A DNA stretch of 64,000 nt from Bugula neritina. Taxonomy: Eukaryota > Animalia > Bryozoa. Below are positions 26,101-49,723 of this stretch, in pieces. Under the pieces are notes generated by a model that was not told where the DNA came from, ran no database searches, and saw only the letters and a list, made by a program, of their open reading frames with translations. The position numbers and the translations under genes are program-made. How positions within the stretch are numbered: the stretch's first letter is position 1; each line of letters begins with the position of its first letter. The stretch lies in contig OZ037771.1 in NCBI GenBank assembly GCA_964035545.1, positions 321,628 to 385,627 of the forward strand. The letters are read 5' to 3'.

Positions 26101-28870
26101 TAGTAGTAGTAGCTAGTGATAGTAGCTAGTGATAGTAGCTAGTAATAGTAGCTAGTAATAGTAGCTAGTGATAGTAGCTAGTGATAGTAGCTAGTAATAG
26201 TAGCTAGTAATAGTAGCTAGTAATAGTAGCTAGTGATAGTAGCTAGTGATAGTAGCTAGTGATAGTAGCTAGTGATAGTAGCTAGTAATAGTAGCTAGTA
26301 ATAGTAGCTAGTAATAGTAGTTAGTAATAGTAGCTAGTAATAGTAGCTAGTAATAGTAAATAGTAATAGTAGCTAGTAATAGTAGCTAGTAATAGTAGCT
26401 AGTAATAGTAAATAGTAATAGTAGCTAGTGATAGTAGCTAGTAGTGGTAGTTAGTAGTAGTAGTTAATAATACTAGCTAGTAATAGTAGTGGTTAGTAAT
26501 AGTGGTGGTGGTAGTACTACTAGTAGTAATTATTCTTTACGTATCTGTAGTCTGTGATGATGACGACTCAGAAGATGACAGAAAAACTCGGAGACGCGCT
26601 GCCCCTCAGCGTACCACAAGAAAGTCGGCTTTCGCATCCCAAGCAGCTGTCAGGTTAGTTTTCTGTATAATTTCTCACCTATAGCAGCTCTGGGAGGACA
26701 ACTCCATTGAATGTGTTGAAGTTTTTTCACCTCCTCATATTGTAGAGCCAAAAGAGCGGACTTTGGTTTCACCAGTTCTGAAGAATCTCTAGCAACGACG
26801 CCGTGTTCTTCTAGCAGCGAGGAAGAGGCTAAAGCCGCCAAGAGAATAGTCAACAAGTGGAATACCATCAAAAGTGTGTACCTCTCTCATTACAACACAA
26901 TTGTGTCTGCTCGTCTTATTCAAATGATGTACATCATGTGAGAGATCTGTTGGTCTGTTGTAGCAGATCTGTTGGTCTGTTGTAGCTTACTCAAATACTG
27001 AAGTGAAGAAACCTGTGAAGAAGAAAATGAAGCGTGTGCAACAAGACTACAACTCTGATGCATCCACTGACCAGGAAGTAAGTAATATATACTCTACAGC
27101 TAGTAATATATACTATACAGCTAGTAATATATACTCTACAGTTAGTAATATATACTCTACAGTTAGTAATATATACTCTACAGTTAGTAATATATACTCT
27201 ACAGTTAGTAATATATACTCTACAGCTAGTAATATATACTCTACAGTTAGTAATATATACTTTACAGTTAGTAATATATACTCTACAGCTAGTAATATAT
27301 ACTCTACAGTTGGTAATATATACTCTACAGTTAGTAATATATACTCTACAGCTAGTAATATATACTCTACAGTTGGTAATATATACTCTACAGTTAGTAA
27401 TATATACTATACAGTTAGTAATATATACTATACAGTTAGTAATATATACTATACAGTTAGTAATATATACTCTACAGCTAGTAATATATACTCTACAGTT
27501 GGTAATATATACTCTACAGTTAGTAATATATACTATACAGTTAGTAATATATACTCTACAGTTAGTAATATATTTCATAGTCTGAGGAAGAGGCTGAAGG
27601 AGTTCACAGAGTAAACAATCGACTGGAATCCTCCAGTGACGAAAGGGACAGCTCTGTCGAGGAAGACGCCAAGAACGGGGAGGGGAAAACTCCCGACACT
27701 ACTGAGAATCCTGTTGAGAAAGCTGAAGACCCACCAGTAAGCGCCACGCCTCAGTCCCCAACTTCCAGCAAGAAAGATGCCTTGGATTTGAACACAGCGA
27801 ATGGCAAGCTTGTACAAGGAAATAACCAGGAATCTATGGAAGTAATTGCTAGTTCAGAAAGGGTGGCATTGCCTGAGACCCAGGTACTCATAGCAAAGCG
27901 TTTCTTGAGTCTATTATTTGTCAACTTTTTTTCTTTGAAATGCAATCAATTTCTCAATTATTGATTTATTCAGGTATCAAAGACACCGCCTTCCCATAGT
28001 TCATCTGCAAACATTCCGTCCACAGATATTAAAACTGCACACTTGCAAGTACCTGCTAAAACTGTCACTGACACTGACACTCAACCGGTGACAGCTGTAG
28101 CTAGTGTCTGTACCTCCCAGCCAAAAACCTCTAAGCATTCTAATGTAAAGCAGTCGGTTAGTTCTACTACTGCTCTATCTGGTAACACCAACAGTAACAA
28201 TTCTAACATCAATCCCTACCCTTCACTGTCGTCTACTCAAGACGCCTCACCAAGAACTCTGCCCAAACTTGCTTATCCAGTTTCATCTCAATGCAGTCCA
28301 CAAGCACTCAGTTTCCCTGCTCAACAAGCACCTGTTTTCTCTAGTCAGCAAGTTAGTTACGGTACTGACATTCACTACCAACCTCCTAGATACTCCAACC
28401 CTGCGCGTCCAGTGCCACGCAGACCTCCCACACCTTTCATCAGACAAGTTGGTGGACAGCTTCCCTCTGAGTGTTACCAGCAAAGAGCTCCATACCACCC
28501 GCACGGCACCAGCATGGCGTGGCAGCCCAGTCCGTACATGCCACCCCAGTACCCTACCTCATACAGCATGCCATATCACTCAGCACATCCTCTGCAACCA
28601 CCTGCCATGCACCATCAGCCCCCTGTTATCCACTCTAAACAGCCTTCTATGATGCAACCACCTGCGCGCAATGTCGGGCAATCTCACACTTCTAGCACCT
28701 TCATGGTGGACAGTTTGTTGCAGACCGGCTCTAGTCACAGTAAAGGCACTGCCTTCAGCACACCTGATGTGAGTGTCACTGGTGTGGCAGAGGATGACGA
28801 TGATGAAATGTCTAGTTACATGGCAATGGCTAGCAGTCTAGTGACAGGTGGCAGTAGTGACAACACCTAG
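17166..28870 (+). CDS. RSF1: Remodeling and spacing factor 1; exons 17166-17325, 18291-18478, 18563-18694, 19513-19589, 19675-19796, 19990-20294, 20646-21482, 21597-21752, 22322-22453, 23051-23212, 23524-23694, 23792-23990, 24298-24508, 25190-25443, 26551-26653, 26746-26873, 26986-27077, 27581-27883, 27974-28870
   Basis: DDT/WHIM-like N-terminus (PDFASVCLFIEQFG, DRWEKEL, LLEAQFDANLKF, GRDKTGLCYW, EQDDTDGSSW), PHD finger (CSSC..LLCDKCDAGWHTGC..PEGDWHCPSC) and RSF1 motifs VNYKFEEY, RGKDIS, LNDID. All junctions are GT-AG and in phase. Confidence 0.9.
18735..19512 (+). repeat. 16-bp minisatellite ending at RSF1 intron 3 acceptor
   Basis: ~48 copies of cttaccatacagtata; the last unit, cttaccttacag, is the acceptor. 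Confidence 0.95.
20694..21380 (+). repeat. 24-bp coding minisatellite in RSF1 exon 7 (DKPLPQEx)
   Basis: ~28 in-frame copies; an 8-unit (192-bp) block is duplicated at 20697/20889. Confidence 0.95.
21772..22310 (+). repeat. Minisatellite (ctgtatactctgtattatcacta variants), RSF1 intron 8
   Basis: Tandem ~20-23-bp units. Confidence 0.9.
22470..23050 (+). repeat. gtaatataatatgcc-type array with triplicated acceptor and exon start, RSF1 intron 9
   Basis: tgtacactcaggtggacaacg occurs at ~22723, ~22859 and ~23040. Confidence 0.95.
23340..23515 (+). repeat. 27-bp minisatellite next to RSF1 intron 10 acceptor
   Basis: tcattggctacattgttatctgtcatg, ~6.5 copies. Confidence 0.9.
23978..24268 (+). repeat. 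22-bp minisatellite spanning RSF1 exon 12 donor
   Basis: actctactaccag|gtaatactt, ~13 copies; 13 nt of each unit are exon-derived. Confidence 0.95.
24543..25185 (+). repeat. 20-bp minisatellite, RSF1 intron 13
   Basis: tatacttgatgtctacactg, ~32 copies, running to the acceptor. Confidence 0.95.
25465..26500 (+). repeat. 13-bp minisatellite, RSF1 intron 14
   Basis: gctagt(a/g)atagta over ~1 kb. Confidence 0.95.
27078..27580 (+). repeat. 21-bp minisatellite making up the whole of RSF1 intron 17
   Basis: agtaatatatactctacagtt, ~24 copies, from the GTAAGT donor to the ttcatag acceptor. Confidence 0.95.
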
Positions 28871-29625
28871 CAGGTTTTTCTGCTCTCTGCTATCATAACA
28901 TGTGCTCTGTCTATCTTATATCATGTGTAAATAACTCGTCTCATCTTATCCAATTCACTAATTTCTGTGTAATTTTAGGCGCCTCTTTACTTAACTCATG
29001 TTAAGTACAACTACATATATTTATACCGTTTTTAACTCTGGCAGTTTTCAAACAATATAAATTTAGTCATAAGTGTGTAGTGCTAATCTACATCTACTTT
29101 CAATCATAGCTATTTTATGGAAATGTTATACGAGTGATATTATTGTCAGACTATTTTATTATATTTTATTTGAGATTGTCTTATAGAAACTTACTAACAT
29201 GAAACCTGTATAGAACACCTGCATTCTATGTATACATAATATCTATGTATGTAAATAAAGTCAATAGTCAAACCACAACATCCACCAAGTACTGTAATTC
29301 ATTAAGACTAGTCAAGCTGAATTTGTGGGAGTTGTTGTCACTTGTATAGATTCTAGGAGAGCCCTACTGCAGTACAATTATCATAATTATAGTGCTATAT
29401 TATAGACTGTGAATAAATTGAAAATTCAAGGTTTTCGCAGCCCATTTTTCATGAACCTTGTCACCTAATGTATATATTATAGTTGGTTTGGCATATTTAG
29501 TCAGGCTTTAACTGATCTGTTGAACCTAAGGCTATGATATATCAAATGACATATCATATGTTGTCATGGTGATGTGTTGTCATGGTGACGGATGATGTGT
29601 TGTCATGGTGACGGATGATGTGTTG

Positions 29626-32286
29626 TCATGGTGACATGGGCATGTCTTGTGGTGCTGTTGCTAACGCTCCACTGCTGTTCTGCCTGCTAAAGAAAGCTCT
29701 TTGTGACTCACTACGTGGCCGAGACTTCAATTCTATTGCCAGGGTTGGCCTTGACCTCCTCCTAAGAAAAGGAACTAATGAGAAAACAAGACAGCAAAAG
29801 GGGAGACAACTCTCACACATAATCTACTGGCTCTCCGCCATATTCTATATGATGCAAGTAACTTCTTTAATATAAGAGTACAAAAACTGAAACAAAGTGG
29901 CTGAAATATAAGCATAAGTTCATCATATGTTCTGACAGTACCTAGGCAGGGCGTAGGGTGCAGCCAGCCGCTCTTTCCTTTTCTTTACATGTTTGATCAG
30001 AGCTAAGATAAAAGTCAAGGTCATCAAACCAAGAATAGCCAACTGCATCCAGAATGCAATAGCAAATACTGAGTGGTGGCCGAGTGTGATTGACTGTGTG
30101 GTAGCGTTTGTAGGTAGAGTTGTGAGCTCCTGTGTGGTGCTGTTCAGATTCAGCAATGACGGTGAGATTGCCGTGATGTTCTTGTCAGCAGCAGTCACAG
30201 GCAGCACCTGCCTCTTTGTGGCTCCATTACTTACAGGGGCAGCCATCTTCACCCCCTCCAGGAGTGCCTCAGACATGTAGAGTGGTATGCTGATTCCTAC
30301 TCCCAGCACTGCAGTATAATTAATATACCATAGTATGTACCTGGTAGAGTTATACAGTGTACAGCTGGTAGAGTTATACACTGTACAGCTGGTAGAGTTA
30401 TACACTGTACAGCTGGTAGAGTTATACACAGTACAGCTGGTAGAGTTATACAGTGTACAGCTGGTAGAGTTATACACAGTACAGCTGGTAGACAAGGAAG
30501 CACTACCTGCATGTCGTATACATGGTGAATGGTAAACATTCCAGAAATACTTTTCTTATCTCAAAAATGTTAGCGACTGACAAAATAATCTACATACTAA
30601 TACTAAACTACATCACCAAATATATCAACTACCCTTCTACTCCTGTGTATCCTTCTACTAATTGTATTAGAAAAGTATAATTTTCTAATTGTGTTAGTGG
30701 ACTACCTTTGTTTGATAATTATGACACTATAATCCATCTATTCTGTTGTAATTTTTATAACTACTTCGTGTTGTGAATGTGCAGCAGTGTTAGTACAACA
30801 GTGTTACTACAGTGTTACTACAGTGTTACTACAGTGTCACTACAGTGTTACTACAGTGTTACTACAGTGTTACTACAGTGTCACTACAACAGTGTTACTA
30901 CAGTGTTACTACAGTGTTACTACAATGTTACTACAGTGTCACTACTACAGTGTTACTACTACAGTGTTACTACAGTGTCACTACAACAGTGTCACTACTA
31001 CAGTGTTACTACTACAGTGTTACTACAGTGTCACTACAACAGTGTCACTACTACAGTGTTACTACTACAGTGTTACTACAGTGTTACTACAGTGTTACTA
31101 CAGTGTTACTACAGTGTCACTACAACAGTGTTGCTACTACAGTGTTACTACTACAGTGTTACTACTACAGTGTTACTACTACAGTGTTACTACTACAGTG
31201 TCACTACAACAGTGTTGCTACTACAGTGTTGCTACTACAGTGTTACTACAGTGGTACTACAGTGTTACTACAACAGTGCTGCTACAGTGTTACTACTACA
31301 GTGTTACTACTACAGTGTTACTACTACAGTGTTACTACTACAGTGTTACTACTACAGTGTTACTACTACAGTGCTACTACATGTTTAGTATGCGTAGGTG
31401 TGGCCAATCACTAGTGTGAATCATGTGGACCAATGAGATTGGTAGAAATACTTACAGCCAATCAAATGACACACAATTCTGTATTTACGGGCCTCGTAAC
31501 TAACTTGGTGATCTTCGACCTGCACCCGGCAGCAGCAGCATCTGTATAGCACTCTGAGGAGAGACAGACTGACAGCCAGACACGAGGCAATCAGCGCCAA
31601 ACACTGGCAGATCTGCACAGACAGGATGAAGTCTACAAGAGGTATAACTCCCCGATATACTACTCAGATAGTGTACAGACTGAGTACAACTAATAGCTCA
31701 TGATACACTCAGACTCTGTACAGACTGAGCACAACTAATAGCTCATGCCTGTCACCAATATTATTGTACACAAATATGAAATTGCTATTTTGGGAGGAAA
31801 ACCATATACTTATTAATCAGCTAGGTTGCTAATAGCAAAAGTAAAACGGTTTGTGCACCCACAGTCTATAACTGATGTTCTAAGCAAATGAAAATACTTA
31901 TTAGGTATCTTGCTTTTCGTCGACAAGAGCATTTTTACAATTATTCATAAAGGAATTGTAAGAAGACTGACAAAGGCAATGAAAGCTGAAACTCTTTATG
32001 TAAGCTGAATTGTACCTTTAAACTTGACAGCATTACATCTGGTGGCTGTGCCTCTATGATGTATGTCGTCATAGTAACAGACAGACCATAGCCCTACAGT
32101 CAGATATCTGTAGTGAGAAGTGGAGGAGTCGATGAACGTCTCCACCCATAAAGTTGAGGAGAAGCAGACTAGTAGCACTAGGCAAGAGGTTAGGGAGCAG
32201 ATGAACTCTATTATACTGTAGAGTGAGGGACACTTGAGACGGGTGTAGTCCTCAGTGTGTTCTGGGATAGCCTCCACTGACGGCAT
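29626..32286 (-). CDS. Claudin/PMP22/EMP superfamily 4-TM protein; exons 32286-32016, 31632-31456, 30308-29942, 29761-29626
   Basis: Claudin-type signature W..GLWxxC..C in loop 1 (LWVET..VGLWSVCY..RC), four hydrophobic segments, CCCC cluster after TM2, phases consistent. Probable 5'UTR exon with a donor at ~33090. Confidence 0.75.
30336..31381. repeat. Two arrays in claudin-like intron 2 (21-bp at 30336-30492; tactacagtgt-type at 30786-31381)
   Basis: Directly visible tandem units. Confidence 0.9.
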
Positions 32287-32288
32287 CT

Positions 32289-33070
32289 GTAATGTACAGC
32301 ACACTAGGTAATGTATAGCACACTAGGTAATGTATAGCACACTAGGTAATGTACAGCACACTAGGTAATGTACAGCACACCAGGTAATGTACAGCACACT
32401 AGGTAATGTACAGCACACTAGGTAATGTACAGCATACTAGGTAATGTACAGCACACTAGGTAATGTACAGCACACTAGGTAATGTATAGCACACTAGGTA
32501 ATGTATAGCACACTAGGTAATGTACAGCACACTAGGTAATGTATAGTACACCAGGTAATGTATAGCACACTAGGTAATGTATAGCACACTAGGTAATGTA
32601 CAGCACACTAGGTAATGTATAGCACACTAGGTAATGTATAGCACACTAGGTAATGTACAGCACACTAGGTAATGTATAGCACACCAGGTAATGTACAGCA
32701 CACTAGGTAATGTACAGCACACTAGGTAATGTATAGCACACTAGGTAATGTATAGCACACCAGGTAATTTATAGCACACTAGGTAATGCATAGCATACTA
32801 GGTAATGTATAGCACACTAGGTAATGTACAGCACACTAGGTAATGTATAGCACACCAGGTAATGTACAGCACACTAGGTAATGTACAGCACACTAGGTAA
32901 TGTATAGCACACTAGGTAATGTATAGCACACCAGGTAATTTATAGCACACTAGGTAATGCATAGCATACTAGGTAATGTACAGCACACTAGGTAATGTAC
33001 AGCACACCAGGTAATGTATAGCACACTAGGTAATGTATAGCACACCAGGTAATGTATAGCACACTAGGTA
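32289..33070 (-). repeat. 19-bp minisatellite filling the 5'UTR intron of the claudin-like gene up to its acceptor
   Basis: gtaatgta(c/t)agcacactag, ~41 copies; 171-bp (9-unit) higher-order duplication at 32761/32932. Confidence 0.95.
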
Positions 33071-34500
33071 AGGACACTTCCCTAGTTTACCTTGTCAGAG
33101 GGACATAACTCCTTACGTACATTGTAAACTCTTTCAACATTGCAGTTGAATAACCTCGCTAAATAACAACCTAAATAAGTGCCTACCTTGCTCCAGTTTT
33201 CAATGGGTAGTGAAGTGTCCTGGATAAATGCTCCTGTATATCTTTAATTAATATGAATAAAGTGAACTATGGTGTATGTATTTTATTAACTAGTTTATTA
33301 GCAACACAAAATAGCAGATGATAGAATAGATGCTGAGCTAACAATAACTAGTGGCTACTGAATTTACTTAAACTCTGGTTATCAGTATGAGAACGATCAC
33401 TCCTGGTTTCTAATATTTACTCAGAGTTGGTGAGATTCAAAGCATTCCTCAAGACTCTGTGCTTTGTTTGCTTAGCAGTCATAAAATTAGATAATACTTA
33501 TACAGTTATGTTACAGTATTGCCTTCCTTTGTAGGAATTTATTTATTAATACCTCAAGTGCAAACAAAGGAAGGTCAACTAATAGTTCTAATTTACTCAT
33601 GACTCTGACCATCTATAGTGGTGAAAGACAACTTGCCCTGGCTTATACTTATAGCTTTATACTTATAAACACTCTCGTAAAAGTATGTTGATGCTTATAG
33701 AGCAAATTATTATATTATCATTGTTGTTGCAAAAGAATTATTATTATAAATTATTATATTATTGTTGTTGCAAAAGAATTTACTATGCTTATAATGACAA
33801 GCAGTAATTATTATAATACAATTATCTTGATTGGTATTGTGTGGAAGCTTTGAATATAGTTAATATTTTATAGAATGCATAATGTAACAACCATGTGGCA
33901 TTGCAAATATGTCTGATCCCACTACTTAGCTGCATTATGAGTAACATATACATACAATGCGTATATTATGCTATGCTATATGAATTGCAAAAATAAAACA
34001 TAAGAACACTGACTAATGTAGATTGCTTAAAGTCAGTATAACGTAGAAGACAACTCTTTGGTGATTTTTAGTTAGAATTCTAAGCTTTGAGTCGAAAAAG
34101 TGAGTTTACAAACAGCGAGTCAATTAAGTGAATTAGTGAAGTAATGCTAGATTTAGCACATAATTTGGGGTCACTGAGTGCAATGTTTGTATAGAATTAT
34201 TATTGTTATAGAAGTTTGATAGAGACCCTAACCAATGCACTAAGTAACTACAAATTTTGCGCTGCCGCAAGCGATTTCTAGTTACGTTAGTTTAGGATAA
34301 GGTCAAGGCCACTTTGTATGAATTACGATCGAACTAAATAAAATAAAATCAAGAGGGTAGAGTGATAACAATTATTTTAATTTATTGGTCAGCTCATATT
34401 TGTATTTTAAAGTTCTGTAAGCATAGATATTTTAAAAATAAAATCTATATTCATAAGTTTAATAATATTAGTTTATAGTTGTCGATATTAAAACTAATAC

Positions 34501-45126
<10,626 letters not shown>

Positions 45127-46340
45127 TGAAACAGGGGGCATTACTTTCTCTCCGCCCCTTCACTGCTGTCTACACTGTTGCCATGGAAACCTTCTGCCGC
45201 ACACCTCCGTAACTGTGACTGTTAGTTCACACCCCCTCTCTAGGTAGGGTGGATTACACCCCCTCTGTAGGTAGGGTGGATTACACCCCCTCTCTAGGTA
45301 GGGTGGATTACACCCCCTCTCTGTAGGAAGGAGGATTTTATTTCATGTGTAAGTGTATATCTTGTAAATAACTGTATGTATACTTTCCTATTGTATATTT
45401 TATTATAATAATATTTTAAACAGTTGATCCATTGAACCTGGTGATTGATTTTCAAACTAACTACACCTAAATGTCTAAACTATAGATACAATAAAACTAC
45501 ACAAACCAAAGGAGCTTTTAACACACAGTGCAATATTAAAATGTTCTAACTAGACTGTGAATATATATCAACACATCACCTGTATTACTAGGCTACAGCA
45601 CCTATTCTTTAAACCAATCAGCTTTCAGTATGAGGGAGCAAATCTAATAAACACCAACATTTACTTTTTCATTGATAAACCTATCTCTTATCTTGTAATT
45701 TTCAATCATAATTTGCAGACAAAAATTCATATTTCATACACATACAACTTTGCTGATGCAAATATAAACAGAAAACTACGATGAAGTAGCACACATGCAA
45801 TACAGCAGCATGTAAGTGAATGTGCTGTCATTAGATTTATTAGAAGTGACAGGTGACTGAAGGAATTAGTTTGAGTGAGTAATTGGTGTGCTCCTTCCAT
45901 ACTATATATCCTATACCTATATCTCTGTCTATTCTATATCTACTATACTCTGTCTATTCTATATCTACTATACTCTGTCTATTCTATATCTACTATACTC
46001 TGTCTATTCTATATCTACTATACTCTGTCTATTCTATATCTACTCTGTCTATTCTATATCTACTATACTCTGTCTATTATTTATATACTATACTCTGTCT
46101 ATTCTATATCTACTCTGTCTATTATATATATACCATACTCTCTCAGTTAATCATCTAGTATCCATCATGCAGGTGCTATAATCTATTTTTCATGGCAAAT
46201 TACATTTCCATTATATTTGTAGCTGTGTTTACACAACCTGGTTATGTTATAATAATGATGGAACTTGCATATTCCCATGTATTGCTGTCGGTTACAATTA
46301 GCTTGCAGCTCTTCCCTGTATTGTGTGCACTAATAGCTTT

Positions 46341-46544
46341 CAACAGCTTGTCCAATCAGCTAGCAACTCTCAACAGCTTGTCCAATCAGCTAGCAACTCT
46401 CAACAGCTTGTCCAATCAGCTAGCAACTCTCAACAGCTTGTCCAATCAGCTAGCAACTCTCAACAGCTTGTCCAATCAGCTAGCAACTATCAACAGCTTG
46501 TCCAATCAGCTAGCAAATATCAACAGCTTGTCCAATCAGCTAGC
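46341..46544 (+). repeat. 30-bp tandem repeat, each unit containing CCAATCAG
   Basis: caacagcttgtccaatcagctagcaactct, 7 copies (last one partial). Confidence 0.95.
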
Positions 46545-46671
46545 TTTCACCAGCATAGCTTTCTCTATCCCAGCTGTCTATGCAGTTGAATGTTATTCTC
46601 TGTATCTGTTGGATGTACAGTGAGACTTGGCTTCTTTCAGGTAAAACTATTCTTTCTACTCCACAACATCA

Positions 46672-49600
46672 CATATTATATACCTTGTATATATACTCTA
46701 TAGTACTACATTATATTATATAACTTGTATATACTCTATAGTACTACATTATATTATATACCTTGTATATATACTACAGTATTACAGTATATTATATAAC
46801 TTGTATATACTCTATAGTACTAGATTATATTATATAACTTGTATATATACTATAGTACTACATTATATTATATAACTTGTATATACTCTATAGTACTAGA
46901 TTATATTATATAACCTGTATATATACTATAGCACTACATTATATTATATAACTTGTATATACTCTATAGTACTACATTATATTATATGACTTGTATATAT
47001 ACTCTATAGTACTACATTATATTATATACCTTGTATATATACTACAGTATTACAGTATATTATATACCTTGTATATATACTCTATAGTACTACATTATAT
47101 TATATACCTTGTATATATACTACAGTATTACAGTATATTATATACCTTGTATATATACTCTATAGTATTACATTATATTATATAACTAGTATATATACTC
47201 TATAGTACTACAGTATATTATATACCTTGTATATATACTCTATAGTACTACAATATATTATATAACTAGTATATATACTCTATAGTATTACATTATATTA
47301 TATACCTTGTATATATACTATAGTATTACATTATATTATATACCTTGTATATATACTCTATAGTATTACATTATATTATATAACTAGTATATATACTCTA
47401 TAGTACTACAGTATATTATATACCTTGTATATATACTATAGCACTACATTATATTATATAACTTGTATATATACTCTATAGTATTACATTGTATATATAC
47501 TCTATAGTACTACATTATATTATACATAACTAGTGTATAGGCCTACAGCCTACTCCATCATAAACTAGGCTATGGCATATACAACTCAATCCCTGCGGCC
47601 AACTTGACATTTAGGCAGGCTGAGTAGATAATCAGAATATTGTTTGTATTTAGGACTTTGTATGAAATGTGTAACTGCTCTTTACACTTCCAACTACTTT
47701 CCATATACTAAGTTTATGTTACACTTACTAATACTGTCTACATGTAATTACACACACATCAGGGACAAGCTGCTGCTCAAGGCAAAGGTTGAAGTAATCA
47801 TTGAATCCCAAGAGACTTCCGCAGGTGGTTGAACAGGTGTAAGTAAATAAATCTACTGTGTAATACACTGTGTAATATACTGTGTAGTATACTGTGTAAT
47901 ATACTGTGTAATATGCTGTGTAATACACTGTGTAATATACTGTGTAATATACTGTGTAGTACACTGTGTAATATACTGTGTAATATACTGTGTAATATAC
48001 TGTGTAGTACACTGTAATATACTGTGTAATATACTGTGTAATATACTGTGTAATATACTGTGTAATATACTGTGTAATATACTGTGTAATATACTGTGTA
48101 ATATACTAACTATACTGTGTAATATACTGTGTAATATACTGTGTAATATACTGTGTAGTACACTGTAATATACTGTGTAGTATACTGTGTAATATACTGT
48201 GTAATATACTGTGTAATATACTGTGTAATATACTGTGTAATATACTGTGTAATATACTGTGTAATATACTATGTAATATACTATGTAATATACTATGTAA
48301 TACACTGTGTAATATACTGTGTAATATACTGTGTAATATACTGTGTAATATACTATGTAATACGATGGTAACATTGAAGTCATAGTGTATTGTGATTGTA
48401 CTAGGCAGGGAATTTAATTATATACACGGACAAACCAACACCAACATTGTAGCTATTTTATATAAGACAAAGTAATTAGTAATTATGAGAGATGCAATTA
48501 GTGCAGTGATGCAGCTCATAAACTAATCATAATGTAATGGCTAATTCTGATTATACAGTGTAGTGTAAGTATATATACAGTGTAGTAGTGTAAGTGTATA
48601 TACTGTGTAGTGTAAGTATATATACAGTGTAGTAGTGTAAGTATATATACTGTGTAGTAGTGTAAGTATATATACTGTGTAGTAGTGTAAGTATATATAC
48701 AGTGTAGTAGAGCAAGTGCCTTTTTACTAATGAGTGAATATTGAATAGAATTCATAAGCTGTCAAACTCCATTTTTATAAGATAAGAGGTTTAATGGTTA
48801 TTTGGAGTTGTTGTCTCATTACGGTGAGCAAAGTATGAGATGACAGCAGAGTGAGACTCTAAATAACCAAGTACCATATCTAATAAATAATAATAGACAA
48901 GAAAAAGTAAATAGTCCTAAGAATTCATTTTGATAGACTAGCAGTTACTCAAAAAGTGTTTCAGTTTTAGTACAAGTCTACATGTTGTCTGATTACTTGG
49001 TACATGTCTACATGTTGTCTGATTACTTAGTACAAGTCTACATGTTGTCTGATTACTTAGTACATGTCTACATGTTGTCTGATTACTTGGTACATGTCTA
49101 CATGTTGTCTGATTACTTGGTACATGTCTACATGTTGTCTGATTACTTAGTACAGGTATACATGTTGTCTGATTACTTAGTACAAGTATACATGTTTGTC
49201 TGATTACTTAGTACAGGTATACATTCTCTCTTATGACTTAGGCAGCCAGAAATGATGGAGAAGAAAGCATACGACAACCACATTGAAGATGTGGAGGAGA
49301 AGATTAGAGATACAGAGATGGGCAAAATGGCTACTAGCAGAGAAGATGAGTCATCTTCTAAACACTCCTCCGTAGACCAGAAGTCAGCGTCTAAGACTGA
49401 CAGCGATTATGATCCTGATGCCTTGCGTACCATTCAGGTAGAGTAACCATGAGCTCTAACTACAGTAACCATGAGCTCTAACTACAGTAACCATGAGCTC
49501 TAACTACAGTAACCATGAGCTCTAACTACAGTAACCATGAGCTCTAACTACAGGAACCTTTGAGCTCTAACTACAGTAACCATGAGCTCTAACTACAGTA

Positions 49601-49723
49601 ACCATGAGCTCTAACTATAGTAACCATGAGCTCTAACTAGAGTAACCATGAGCTCTAACTACAGTAACCATGAGCTCTAACTACAGTAACCATGAGCTCT
49701 AACTACAGTAACCATGAGCTCTA
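46672..49723 (+). repeat. Series of distinct arrays in the 5' introns of the KCNMB-like gene (46672-47530; 12-bp 47855-48362; 48555-48710; 30-bp 48968-49222; 22-bp 49442-49723)
   Basis: Each array has its own unit; the 30-bp and 22-bp arrays flank coding exon 1. Confidence 0.9.
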
